From Tubiluchus corallicola (Eukaryota; Animalia; Priapulida): a stretch of 64,000 nt of DNA. Positions 36,748-51,079 of the stretch are shown one piece after another. Every line of letters starts with the position of its first letter. Within the stretch, counting starts at the first letter, position 1. Position numbers and translations under genes: made by a program. The stretch is from contig JAQGDQ010000106.1 in assembly GCA_030141605.1 (NCBI GenBank), forward strand, positions 372,001-436,000, given 5' to 3'. The notes below the pieces were generated by a model that was not told where the DNA came from, did not search any database, and saw only the letters and a program-made list of their open reading frames with translations.

Positions 36748-39700
36748 TTAATAGCCAACATCATCAGGTAAGGAGAGGGTGAACGTTGGTCTTTGCAGGG
36801 ATTCTTCCTTCGGGGACTGCGGGTGCAAACCATCTGTCTGTGCTTTGCCACGGTAGTTTGCGATAATGTCCTGGTCAGCTGGACACGATTCTTGGAATGC
36901 TTCCGTCTCATAAGCTGTCTATAAAAGGTTAAAATACAAAATTAAAAAATGTTTCCAAAAGGCACAGACAAATATTGTAAATGATGCAATTTCATGACGA
37001 GCTGTTGAAACTCAACTTTAAAATAAACAATTCATTTCCAATGAAAAACATGAACAATATAATTTCATAGTGAGAAAAGTTAGGCACGCAGCAACAAGGT
37101 GCAAAAACAAATAAAACTATAAATGGAGTGGATCGTGCAGTAGCAAGAAAAGTACATACAAGTTGAAACAACTCCAGTGGCGGGTCTGGCAGCAGTGTTA
37201 CAATAAAAAAAGTAAAAGCACAGTTACCAATTATGCAGTTACTACTAGCATAAGAACAAGCAATGCAATGTCATTAGGACTGCAAGCAAAAAGTGCTACA
37301 AATTCAAACAAGAAAGTGCCACGCAAACAAAACAATGTCACGGAGCTCAACACTATAATACGTAGGGTTCACTCATACAAAAATCAATAACGCATATGTG
37401 GCGCTAACGCTTCAATGGCGAGCAGGTAAACCCATATTATGGCAAGTATAAGATAGCGTTATGTATTTAATACCAACGTTATAGATATGAGGAACGCATT
37501 GAATATTTTTACCCGCTAGCCGTTGGATGATGCAGCGTGTCACGCTTTTGCACTTCACAGACAGAGTGAATTCTCCGATTATAGCGTCATCTCCGTGACA
37601 ATGTCATAAAAAGCATGATTACCAATAGACTAATACTACAACAGTGCCTGGGTTAATACAAATACTGCACTACTATGATTATAAAAACAAAACAACACTG
37701 TCTCAAAAAGAATACAAATAATATAATTATGACAATGAGTACAAACACAGAAGTGCCACGAAAAGTACAAACTACGGAGGTTGTAGTCCATTTAAACAAT
37801 AAAGTGCCAAAAAATCAACGGTACAAGAAGAAGAGATCCACACTGAACAAAAAAGTATTACTCATACCAAACCTGTAGCAAAAACACCAAATCTGTGCTT
37901 GTTCGATAGTGATATAGCAGTTTACAGTCTTACCTTGATGTAATTCCAAATTCCCGTAAATTCATGTGGTATTTCGAAGTTCCGATACCATTTCGAAGCA
38001 ACGCGAATGTGCTGTAGCTTTGGCATCAACTCACAGTCGTAAAGCGTCAGCTCATTTCCACACAAATACTAAAAGTCACAAAAATATAAACAAGTAGGCT
38101 TTTGGAATTTTAAATATTGATATTACACAAGCACTGACATTGAAAGGAACGATTTAAAGTCAATTTTAAATAAAGCAACTAGCATACACATTCGTATCAT
38201 TATATTTCAATTAAAACTGTGAATTTGTTGTAAATATACAAACTTTATTTATTTTGAGTGGATTTACAATAAAGTACAATATAATTACTGGCCACGGTAT
38301 ATCCACTATGTGTATCGTTATAAAGACTTTGCTGTAAAAAACTTCAGGCTTTTACGTTAGGTCAGAAAACTAAAAAAAAATAAATTAAAATTTTAAAACC
38401 CTACGACAGTAAATACCCAAAAACTCCACACTGGAATACTGAGTTGAGCATTATTGTTGCATCTTTAAGTCTTTACCACTAGTATCAATATCTTAAATAC
38501 ATGTTGTTGACTAAAACTAATATACTTTCTTAAGTGTCTATTTACCTAACCCAACTAGAATACATAATTGCCTGACCTAAAAGAAAACACCGAGAATTCC
38601 TGAGTAGGTTAGCAGCTTAGTAATTCACATACTTTTGTGTTCCAAAACTCATTTTGTTTCTTCTTTAAGTCACTACATCAATTACCTTGTTTAAGATTAA
38701 ATCAGTAAAAAACACAAAACACACGTAAAATAATAATTATAACGATAAACTAAATTTGAAAAGTATAACATCTTAAGCCAACTGTCCCAATTTTAAATGA
38801 GACTGCACTTTCGTGTTTGCTTGTTTTATCATTTTAATAACTTTGAAACTATGCAAAGAAACCATCAAGTGCCTTAATTTTTCTTAGGAGAATATGATGT
38901 TACACAATCTTTTTGGTACAGACAAGGGACTACTTATATGATCACCTAAAAATTATCTTTGGAAAGAGTTATAGAAATTTAAATCGATTTTAAATGTTGT
39001 TACAAGACACACTGCTTTGCAAAATATTAATGATAAGGTGGTAGTGTTAATAGTGCTTGCAAAGTTGCAATAATGTTGAGTGTTGTTCAGTGCAAGAAAC
39101 TGCGGGCAATTTTCCTGGCAACTTCTAATAATAGGTCTAATGGTAATTTTTATTACACGGGTTTAGAAACAACAGACAACGTAACCTTGCTATAAGGCTT
39201 GTATCGCCGATTGTAAATAACAAACTATAACTACATAACAGAGATGATTATTACCCCGCTTTTACTCTAAATACGTCCCAAGCAGGGCAACGGCAGATAG
39301 CACTTCAAAGTCTTGGGTGTGACAAGCTAGGATATCGAAACCTCGACCCTCACACAGAAAGCAGACACGAGGTACGTTGCTCTCTAGACAGATCCGGTCC
39401 TGACTATATTTTCAAGCAGTTTCTGACACGCAATTTAGGCTGCTCAGGACCGATACACAGTTTCAGGCAGCTCCTAACACGTGCCCAGCCCCCAAAATGC
39501 AAAATCGAATTCTAGCTCTACACATGCAAGTTTGGCCAAATATCTTGCGTGCAGCCTCAACTTTGATAACGACAATGCCAATGTTTCGTTTATTTAAATA
39601 TATATTTTGTGGTACATTGTAAGCTGTGTAATGATTAAATTAGTCACAGAAGTGAATATTTTATAGAAGGAGCTCAAATATGACACATTAACCATTACAT

Positions 39701-42700
39701 CCTGTATCTTCCTGTAACAATGAGTGCCATAATGTGATAATATTGCATGAAAACAATGTCTAGAACAGTACTACTATCACGTTGTTTCTTACCTTGTATC
39801 CACTAGTCAGCAAGTGATTGTTGATGTTCGCAAGTTCAGTAACAAGATTTTTTTCAGCTCTGTGAACAGCGTCATCGCTTGTTGCAGCTAGAAAGTGATT
39901 GAACTTCTACAAATAAACAACACTTTCATAAAAATATTAACCTTTTCGTTCAGGAGTATTAATTTATGCTATATCAATTATGATCATGCATAGCAATATA
40001 CAAAAATGCAGTGTAGTGCGCTATTAACACTGTTAAAGGACACAGGACAAGGACATATGCTTACAAGAAATACACTAATCATGAAAAATCAGTATTAGTT
40101 TTTACATTTTCACTTCAAAATGAAGTAACACCAAGAGCATCACAAGTATTAGTACAAGAATTATTAATATTAGAAGTCAGATGCTTGATATCATCCCTGC
40201 AACCCTGTAATTCTAAGTACAACTTTAATTCGTCTGTCTGAGATGTAATGTCCATCACATCATCATAATACGAGCGCTAACGAAATTCACGACTTTGCGC
40301 ATGATTTAAAAAGAATTACTTGTTTCACTTCTACCTACACTTCATCAAAGTAAGACAAGCATCACACGCAGAAACGCAAGCTGACAACGACGTTCAATTG
40401 AATAGATTCCAACATCATTTTTTGACACAGTGCGTCGTAAGCACCGTGAAGCACAACAAGTTCACAGCATACTGAGTGACATTCAATTGGACGATAGTAA
40501 ACCGGGGGTATTTATTAATAATCAAGGTAATACTGATGGCTGTACAAGCGCGTATAAGACTCCAACAATAATTTACATTTCTCTCAGAGCAATCACGTGG
40601 TCAATTCCGAACCGGGTGCGTGTAAACAATAAAAGGCCAACAAACCGTTTGGTAAACAGAATGAGAATACATCATAAGTCCGAGAAACACGCCTTCCCTA
40701 GGTTGACACCCTCGCCCCATCGCCGCTCACATAAACAGCAATATCATGTCGACTACATCCGGAGTCATCTTTTGCAAGTAAAGAGTTACTTTAACTTTTA
40801 CCTGAACAAGATTCACCTTGGCGGCACAGCCTTGCGTGTTTCTCTAGCAAGAGAGTAAACAAACGCAGGAAGGGCAAACAGGTTTAGCGAGACATGACAC
40901 TCGTTTTACTCGCTTCAAGCGAGGTTTTTGTAGAGTAATGCCAAGACCTCGGGCGCAATAGCAAGCGTTTTCTAACTATTGAAATACCACTACGATACCA
41001 CGGAGCAGGATATTTCATCACTCAAAAAAGTATAGGACCAAATAGCTTGTAGACCCGCGTTTCCAAACACCAATACTTTCCGGAAACGTGTCTGCTAGGT
41101 TTCCACGTGTAAATGGCAATCATAACAACTATTTATCAAACTTTAACTTTGCCAGACTGTCAATAAGTTTACTTCTGCTTAAATTACCATAATTTTCTAA
41201 AAAAAATCAATCAAACCAGTAGATATGATGTACAAATTAGAAAAGAAACAGGTTACGGAGATTATCAGAGGTTAATATCATGAACTTAAAAACATAAATT
41301 CTTTTCTCCATTGTCATATCATGCAAATATGATAAATAAATAAATATCGGGTTACTATAGAAGATTCCAGGCCATGAAGCAGTTTTTGGATCACCTAAAG
41401 GCCACTAAAATATTGATGGTAAAGCAAAAACTGTAGCTCAATGCGGCACTAAATCAGCAAACCTGTTTAATTCATGTTTAATTAATTACATATGATTGGT
41501 GAAATTAGATACAAAAATGACACAAATTACTCATTTTAGTGATCACAGTGGGCGCTTGGGGGTATAACTGTTTTAAACAGATTGGAACTTGGTTAGTAAA
41601 TGGTTTGGCGACTGTGCAGTTTATCTGCTACGAACGCGCACATACTGTCGGACTTTGAATGGGACCAAAATTATTAATAGGTCAGTAGCAATTAACGAAC
41701 TAAACTGTTTTCCAACAAACCGTATACTTATACAATTATACTTAATTTCATAAGTTGCATTAATTTTTATCCGAGTGATTCCTCACCTAATGTTCATAAA
41801 GCTAAGAAGATAAGAGAGTAGTACGATACTGTCAGGGCGAGATAAATCACTGGATAGCTTATGTAATTATCAACAAGTCTATCCATCATTATTGATCGAA
41901 ACCAGAAGTATGTTTTACTACATATTACCACTAGATACACAACCTTTAAAACATAAACACGGACCGAGACTGGGACCTCGTATGAACATAGAAATGGGGG
42001 GGGGGCGTAAGTTACGGAATATGGTATAATTGTATATGTAGTTACAACATCTAATTTCCCTAAAAACAAGGCACAGAAAACACTACAAGCTTACTCATAT
42101 AGGATGGAGAGGAAGCATTTACACAAACTTGCTTATATTAGGTAAATACCTTAAATAAAAAAAAAACAAAACATGGCGTTGAGTAGTTGGCGTGTCTTCA
42201 GAGCTTAATTTTATTTAAATGTGCAACTGTGGCTGAATTGAGGAAGGAGCGACCACCCACAGATCACGCGTAAGATGTCATCCAATGTACATATCGCAGC
42301 CAACATTAATAACAGACGAGCGAAGTCCTACAGCTAACGTAAGGGTCTTAATGGACAGAATGAGACACAACCTCCGAAATAATGCAAAATAGCCTTCGGA
42401 GAAAGTCTGTAACCACAAGAAGCCCCTTTCCCAGCTCGTGAAACGCGAGTTGTGAGTGACTGTTAAAAAAGGTATCGTTCTCAATGCACGTACTGAATAC
42501 GGCTTGACAAAAAACAATCCGGTTATAATACAGTATAACTGCATAAGCACTACTAAACTACATTTTTGTGCCCGACTCTGTAATCTCTCGCAAACATAGA
42601 TAAGGTGCATAATGGATTAAGCCTACCTGTGCAAATACGCACGCCGTCGCAATAAATTACCCGCGCCTTGGATAGCCAGAAAACACGCATGCATTACTCC

Positions 42701-45700
42701 AGCGGTCAATCAGAGGTTATAGCGAATTGGGAACAAGTTTACTCGAAGGGAATCGAGGGATTTTCCCTTACCCTAAATAGCAATCATTTGTTACTATGGC
42801 AACTGTGCAACAACTTTTTTGGTTGGAAGCAGGTGTGATCACAATCGACGACGCGTGATGATTACATTACCTGCTTTAATTCCTTGTTAATAGCTACAGT
42901 ATGAAAATTGCGCGCAACGGACGTCTAATGGTCATGTTAAAACATATTGCTATTAGTTCACCACTGGCCATTCTATCTAAAAAGAAGTTACACCTACTAC
43001 AGCATTTTGTTGCATTTGTTATAACCATTGTTAATCGACCGAAATAGCTGTCTTAGAGTTGTGTTAGCCAAATTCAGATTCATACATACATACAATCGTC
43101 GAGGTGAACAGCAATGGGTGCATGGCGAAACAAAATACGCAAAGAAAATTTTCCCGGCGGTCACTCGTTCATTTATTGACCTGCTTAACTTCGTCCCTAG
43201 TCATTACAAAACCAGCCGGTCTTTCCTAAACCAGCTCGCCTCTACATACCTGCAGTTAATGCACATAGATGTACATGTATAAGCATTAGAATGAGTAGTA
43301 CCGCTCTCATCAGGTCCTAGTAATTTAGTAAATGCAATACACTGCACAGCCGAGAAAATAAGTCAGTGTCAGTGGCTGTTGTGGGGGATATTACACATAC
43401 CTCTCAAGTAACACGTCTTTGAAATCTCGAAAAAATGGCTATGAAACAAATAAAAACAAGACACTCCATGAAATGCAACAATGTTGGTGACAGCTTACAA
43501 GCAACCGATCAAAGAAATGAAACCTAAAATATGTAAAAATTTATTGTACGCATTATAGTAAAAAATACACTGAAAAGGTCAATTTTGTAGCTAATTTTGT
43601 TAATGCAACTTGTCATGAAACTGCCACCCTCGTGCGATCGCCACGGTAGATTGTGCGCTACGATCAAACTCCGTGACTGATACATTCCATTGCACTGGCT
43701 CATGCAGGTGTAGTTGCTGATATTGTACAGTAGCTATCAAGTACATGATCCAGCAAAAATGATAAGACCGCTTCCCAGCGCTCAAGCTAAATAATTCAGG
43801 TTTATTGGTAATCTCGGGTGCTGTACTGTTTGTACAGCAGGCGCTACGCTGCGGCTGTCGATAGAGCAGTTTACCAAGTCCAAAAACTGTATTAATATAC
43901 TATGGAGAACTCCTTCTAATACGACTTTTAAATACACGTAAAAAAATCTGTCGATAAAAAAGAAAAGTGCAGAATGCTGGAAACTGTCTTCAACAGAAAA
44001 GTACAAAAGATCACTGAAATTCTTTTCAAATTTGATCCGAGTGACCTTTGGGCATTCCTATAATTTTTTTTGCCTGAAGATACTTCAAAAGCGGGGACAA
44101 AAATGTTGTGTTTCTTTATTTATTTTTTGTGTTACTTTTTTTACCTTGCACCATTTCTTGACATTTAAGAATTAGTCTCATGTTACTTATAATTACCACT
44201 TACACGCATACACAAAAAACGCAAAGTATATAAATTAAATACGCTTTACTTATAAGCTACAACAAGATTTTTTACGACATAACATTTATCGCGCTGAGTT
44301 ATGACGTTGTCAATAAATAACTCTGTTTGGAAGGAAAAAACAGGAAACAAATACTTTGCTTTTAAAATGGCAAGAAAAGACCTAAAAAGCATGCAGGTTG
44401 TGTTCCTTCTTTAACTGTTTACAACTGACCAAAATCAACGGTCTCTGCGCATCTGATCTGACCTAAAAAATTTCTGAAATTTGTGAGTGAGATGAAACGC
44501 TATACTTATACTTCGATCTCGGGCACAATTGTCAGAAAAGAAAATGTTTCAGTCTTCTAATAAGATTAAGAATCGTCTTATTCTTGGCAATGGCCGAATG
44601 AGGTCAATGTCAGAGATTATAACATAGTTTATACACTGTTTAGCAAGTTGTAACTGGCTCTGTCTTTTGGTTTAAAAGAAGAAAGGTAGTAACATTGAGC
44701 ATGTGACCTCGCGTTCAGAATTAGACACTTTAGTGAGTCAATATTTTCTCAAGAAAAAAGCAGTACAGAACTACAGAACTAACTGGCTACAGTCGCTTAA
44801 CAAAGTTGTTCTTTTATAGAGAAAGAAAACAGCTTATCGCGAGCACGGTAATGGTCGAGTCGGCAAAATAATATCAACAAACATAATACGCCATTGATTG
44901 AATTTTACTGCTTTTAAAACATTAAATAACTGAACCTACACGCAATAAATCACAGGTATTCGATAAGGTTATGATTCCAAGCGCTGTTATACGCTAGTAC
45001 AGGCCCCGAGGTTGAAAAATAATTAATGACGCGAGTGTTAAAGGTTGACTAAACATTTTGATTTTATTGCTGACAGTTTTTTTTCAAGGACACAAACTAA
45101 TAACTTCAGCTAAATTTGCACCCTCCCACAGTACTACTATACACGGAACTACAAAGCATCTCAAAATAAACTGCAAAATCTGACAAGCCACACCATGACT
45201 CTGACACTCTATATTCTCTGAAAACAGCAAAATGATTAAAGCCTCTGACCACTGTCCCAAATTTCGCTTAAGAAAAACGCACTTACCAAGAAAACGTCAC
45301 CAATCTTCTTCCTGGCCAACGGAATGTCTATAAAGAGAGTTTGATCTGGAAACTCTTCCTTCAGGTATTCCTCAATTCTGTCTTCTGGAAGAGCAAGGTC
45401 GTCCGTCAGCAGAATTGGCGGAGGACTGTGAGTCAACTCCTACAGTGTAAATAAACAAATATTAGGCAATGTAGTTGTGGACTCTTGAACTAAGAGCAAA
45501 CTGTATAGGTGGACGACGTATAGGTGAATTAAACGTATCAAGTAATTGTTAAGTAGATTAAAATGCATTCCAGAGTGGTAATCAATGATATGGTTCTCTT
45601 AGAATAGGCCTTGTAGTAGTGTTCAAGGCTTCAGACTGAAGATGTTCGCTTACTCAAAGTGCCAATACTTTTTTATAAGTGTTGTATTAATAGTGTAAAT

Positions 45701-48700
45701 TGTTATACAACAGTTTCCAGCATTCTTTTCTTTCACTTATTTATAATATAATGTTGATGCAGATGAATCCACCATAATTCGCGTCGTTTTCCTTTGTTTT
45801 GAATCATGTTTAATTTCAACTGCTACAAGTAAACGTAAACTATGACGCATAATTAAGAGTTTTTCGGTTCAAATGTTTTTTAAACCGTTCATCAAATTTA
45901 AATAAAATGACAAGATAACCAGGTCGCCATGATGATTATAATGGTTTACCTTGATTTCTTTGGGGTATTGTTTCATGTTGACCGTCGTCACCGTCAGTGC
46001 TAGCTCATTCTTTTTTGACTTGAGGTACAGAACCATAAACCATTTCTGGCAGAATATGCAAGGACCTTTTCGCTCTCCATCAATTGGTGATGCCTGGAAT
46101 AGTGAATTAAATATCTCAGTGCTTTCCAAACACCTTAACATTTTGGGATTTTTGATACCTTATTTAATATGCAGTCAGACACTTGTTGCTGTCAAATTCG
46201 ATAGCACTCGATGTATTTTTGTATTTAATGAGCAAGAACATTTCCTAAGCCCCACACTGAGAGTATGCGGTTATGTACCAAAACGCCTTTCCCATAAAGA
46301 AGAAGGAATTTTAAAGTATATTCCAAAGAACTTTCCACAAAAAGTTATTTACTTAGCATTACGCTTACCCGCTAGAACGACTTATGTTATTGAAAAAGAA
46401 AATTCTTAATCAATTAAAATGTTCGCGCCACTTGGTAAAACGGCACTGCAACGCCATCGCATATAAAATAATTTATAATGCTTAGTTAGTGAATACAAAT
46501 GCTCTGATTATTTTTTCAAACTTTATGCAGTGTTATCTCAACTAAGTCTTGTCTCAAGTAACTTGCTTGTTAAAATGGCTGAGCATAACGGTCATCGCGG
46601 GAGCTGACTGCTAGTTTTATAAGGCAAGGCAAACCCTGTATGAAATGACGTTTAAGTGATTTAAAACAGCATTTAAATGATATAAAATTTCAAGACGATT
46701 TTTTTAACTTGATTTATGAAGAGTTTTTTGTGCTTTAAGATACTTTAGTAGTTACACCTGCTTGCATTTTTATAAAACTTTAAAAACCACTATACCTAAG
46801 ACCGCTATATTGTATAAACAACTAATTAGTGAGTCTACTAATTCTACTTTAAATGATTCTATATTATTTAGAAAAACGGCTAAGCAGGCATTTCGTGGCC
46901 AAAACCAATTCAAATAAAACTTTCAAAGTTACGACTGTACAGTTACACTTCGTTACAACATAATGAAAAAATGCATTTCTCTCATCCTCAGTGACTTTTT
47001 ATTTGTTTGAACAGCAGTTTGCCTTGTAAAGTCGTCCCCAAAAGCAAAATTGTTAACCTTGTAAAAAGTTACAAATTAGCGGCTTTTTAGCCCCTTTTAA
47101 GTGGCACTCGCCGTGACACCGGAGTGAAGTTTAATCGGTTTTGTCTCTGGTTTAACAGTGAAAAATAAAAGTTCACTCAAAGTGAAATTTGCCAAGTAAC
47201 CAACATACATAATCAACCCAGTAGTTTTTAATTCAGTGCAGTTTTTTAACTTATGCTTACAAACACTTAAACTTGAACTAACAATAGATTAAGCTTATTT
47301 CAACTCGTAGTGGCAGAAGTTATTTTAAATTATAGGTATAGGCATAATTAGAATCATGAGATTACTTCAAATTAGGTCCCTGTTTCCCTCAGTCTTCTGA
47401 ATATACGCTCAGTCCTGAATCCCGGCATTTCCTTTTTTCGGACAAATTTTACAAAAAATACTGATCAAATTCAAGTTAACGGTTAGGCCTACATAGCCTT
47501 AATGAAACAACTGTTAATATTAGAACAAAAATTTAGAAAACTGTAAATTTCGGTTTATTGTAAAGAAAAATGTTCCGTGCACCGCTAAGAAAGTTTGTTA
47601 TCAGTTACGATACCAGCATGTACAGCGCGCTCGTGCAAGCAGCTAACAACAATAACAGCAGCAGCACGTAACCAGAGGTACCGATGTAACGACCTTGACC
47701 TACTGGCACCTCCATGACAAATGCATCTAACCTTTCCCGCCGTCTTTGCACATATTAATAGAATATAATAGCAGGTTGAAATGCAAATCAATAGCCATAA
47801 GCTAGTGACTGCCAGAGACTAGAGTATAATTCTACACTCAACTGACTAATCTATTTAATAACGCCAAAAAAAAATTTCGTTTTCTTGTTGCTTTAAAAAG
47901 TGTTTTAACAGCAACAAATTATCACAGCATGACAAAACAGATATATATATATATATTGTACATGTCTACATTGCAAAAAACAACCAATTACAGGTTATCA
48001 ATTTTCAGTAACCTAAGCAGTTTTCATTAATGCACTGCGTTCAGCGTTATTAGTTATCCATAAGTGGTTAAAGCCAAACAATTGCTGCAATTGGTTTCTT
48101 TATTATAAGGATCCGCAGCTCAACAAACGTTATATTGGGGCAGTCGGTTTCCGTCACCGTTTCCTCGTCGTAATACTCTACATTTCTTGTTTTCGTTGAA
48201 ACTTTACCCTATTTCGATATTGCTGATGTGTCATGAGATACCTTATTCCATTCAATTCAATGTTATTGCAGAAATACAATAGTGTATCATGGCAAAAAAT
48301 TACAATTACAAAAAAAAATCAAAGTACAAGAACAAATACAATTATGCAACGCTGCAAAAACATGAGTTTTACAATTTAAATAATTTCATTTCAACTCAAT
48401 TCAATTTTATCTCGCAAATAGGATAGTGTATCATGGAAAAAATTACAATTGCAAAAAAGATCAAAGTACAAGAAATACAAAATATAACAAATACAATTAC
48501 ACAACGTTGCAAGAACATGATCAAAATAAAAGAGTGGGTTATAGGAACTGACAAGCGTACACTCATTCCATACAAATCAGTAAAAAACTGTAGGAGAGCA
48601 AAATTTTGCACACATTAATAGCTCCCAAATTCTAGTAAAGAACAGCGGTACAGGAAGTAATAGTAGAAGTACAACTTTACTTATTATATTACTAATTTTA

Positions 48701-49132
48701 CACAATAATCCTCTTTACGTAACGAACTATCTCGATGCTTATCTAGCAAAGACCAGTGAAATGACTATCTCACACTATGCAAACTTATCCATTGTTAATT
48801 ATACACGTATACAGTAAATATCATTCACGTACACGTAAGCATAAAAATATTCATACACATCTATATGAACTAAATCTACAGCAGAAGCCAGCAGGTAAGG
48901 TAGAATGGTAATTAGCTAAAATTAACAACAATGATAATTTACATCAATATCGTGAACACGGAAAACATGGAGGCACATTTCTTTCTGGAGCACGCTTTTT
49001 CAAGTGTACTAACAGAAACAGCATACACGCTATAGGTAACCATTACAAAAAATAAAAAACGACGCCGTTCGTTACCTTTATAAAAAGCTCCACCTCCGCC
49101 TTCCTCACGGGATGTGAGTTCGTTTCTGTCAT
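36748..49132 (-). CDS. Clic: Chloride intracellular channel protein (CLIC, invertebrate DmClic/EXC-4-like), 6 exons, 257 aa
   Basis: Exons, all phase 0 and GT-AG: 49132-49076 (MTETNSHPVRKAEVELFIK), 46093-45950 (ASPIDGERKGPCIFCQKWFMVLYLK...VTTVNM), 45439-45287 (PPILL...RIEEYL), 39906-39793 (...ELANINNHL), 38068-37934 (YLCGNELTLYDCELMPKLQHIRVA...FEIP..FTGIWNYI), 36918-36748 (AYETEAFQESCPADQDIIANY...PTFT...*). Total 774 nt. Confidence 0.95.
39170..39372 (-). mobile_element. tRNA-derived SINE remnant, possibly MetaSINE-like core
   Basis: The minus strand shows a B-box-like ggtttcgatatcc followed by gtcacacccaagactttgaagtgctatctgccgttgccctgcttgg. This resembles the conserved central domain of invertebrate and fish SINEs as I recall it. 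Confidence 0.4.
42790..42803. promoter_or_regulatory. RFX X-box in CLIC intron 3
   Basis: GTTACTATGGCAAC is a close match to the palindromic X-box GTTNCCATGGNAAC and lies in a locally CpG-rich stretch. Confidence 0.55.
48279..48520. repeat. Direct duplication (about 85-100 bp x2) in CLIC intron 1
   Basis: atagtgtatcatgg.aaaaaattacaatt.caaaaaa.atcaaagtacaagaa...caaatacaatta..caacg.tgcaa.aacatga at 48279 and 48423. Confidence 0.85.
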
Positions 49133-49809
49133 AATTTTTCCTCGCAGGTAACTGCCTAATAGACAACAAGAAAATTGATCACTTTCACTGTTAAATTACT
49201 AAACACACAACTTTACTAATGTATGCACTAACGCCCGACAACGAAATCGCAGGCAAAGGATTATAGCAGGTGTCTCACACGGTTTGCGCATATACCTGTT
49301 GCAGGACACACCCACTCTGGAATTTCTTGTAAGGTAGAACTGCCATCTAGTGATAAACTTGATTATTAAATAACTAGCTAGATGATGAGAAGAGTTTATG
49401 CTAAACAAGCTTTCACAGTTCAGGATGATCACAACCGTCTAATAACAATATTAAAAATTAAAAAGAAGTTACTTTTAGTCAACAAAAAAGAAAGGAAAAA
49501 CAATAGCAGCCAGCTAGGTATAAAAAATCTATTTATAAAGTATTAAAATTACATTCACATGAGGCACGACCAATCCAGACAACAATTCATAAAAAACATC
49601 ATGATTTTATGTGTATTATATTATCGGAACTTTTAAGTGGGTCATTTATTAAACAAACTGCTTACAATTTTACAAGCAAGTAATCTGCAACGTATAGCCA
49701 ATATCCGAGAGAGTAAAATGGTATATTGTTGATCTTGAATATGTATGTGTATGTGTCTGTATATAAGTTCGCACCATACTGTGTGTTTGTGTATAGCAGC
49801 AATTAAAAG

Positions 49810-49890
49810 AGATGAATCACTCGTTTTCTTCATGACTGAAGTCAAGCAACATCGATGCTGGGCTGTGAATGGCATGCGATCGCCTGAGTT
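49810..49890 (+). pseudogene. Decayed 5S rRNA-like fragment (possible SINE3 head)
   Basis: ctcgttttcttcatgactgaagtcaagcaacatcgatgctgggctgtgaatggcatgcgatcgcctg resembles the 5S internal control region (gaagttaagc...ggatgggtgaccgcctg), with many substitutions. Confidence 0.35.
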
Positions 49891-51079
49891 CAATTACTTG
49901 CTCAGGGAAGTTTTCTCTAAACTGATTTTGGCTGCTTGAGGAAGGATACCCTGGGTGTATATATTACATACATTCGAAGATGTGTCTGCCAGTCTTGTTT
50001 TGAACAATGTTTTACCATAATTGTGACTGTCTAAATGAATAAATGAAAACTTAATTAACGTCATTGATAGGAAGTTACTGACTTTTGTAGATTCTCATGC
50101 ATGCAGCACGCTCGTCTCCAGTTAGACTTTTCTTACTGATAACAGTATGAGATCAATCACAAGGGTGATCTAGGTTTAACATAGTATTATAATACCTACC
50201 ATCTTTGTTCACCTAAATAGCATGTGTTCACTTTAGTAATTAATTTCTTTTAAAAGCAGTTGTACTTTTATTTATTTTATGCATAATGCGCACAGTCAGT
50301 CATGTACCCCAGTATTTTAGCAACTTCTTACTATTATACAACTTTTAGTATCATTTCTAATTGTTTTTCTTCTACGTACCATTTTACCTTTGCTCTGATG
50401 TTTGCTTCTCATGAGTTCTTTGTATCCTGATTAAGCTTACTATTGGGCACGTCACTCACTGACATAATAAATCACTTGAACGTCGTGTAGCTACTATGTT
50501 TAAAAATAATAGTTATTAATTAGATTAAACTTTACCGGGATGGATGCGGCAATAATAGTCATCGATTCAACGTCTTCGTGTCACAAATACATCTTGTCAT
50601 CTGCATGGCTTCTGCCATGTCAGTTAAATTTCATCCTTCGTGGTAGGTACAATTACGTAAGTTATTTCCAGTAAGGCAGTAACATACCTTATAATGTCTA
50701 TATCTACTACCCACTGATCAAAGTAATATCAATATAAAAAATTTACACTAAATTAAAAGCATAATAAGATTATTATGCGTCACAGTACCCGAATGTTTGT
50801 ATGCCAACTGCCAAGCAGACGACAGGTCCGGGTTTGCAGAATAAATTGCTAACTTTGCTTACTGGTTTACAGGATAATCAAGCTTAATGAAGAGTTCCCA
50901 TATTGAATGCCTTAGTAATCGACAATTCGTGTGTCTAACATCAGAATGTTAAGATGTGTAGGACTTCTAATGAAATTGTCAAAAACAACACTAGTAAGAT
51001 TAGCATTTAACAATTCACTGAAACCTATAAAACGACCTTCTGGGAAACCAAAAACAATTTGGATATCAAGAATTAATAA

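Noticed and set aside
47585-47791. Alternative CLIC first exon ending GGA AAG|gttaga
   Set aside because: It lacks the conserved ELF(I/V)K strand, which the exon at 49132-49076 supplies. No other support.
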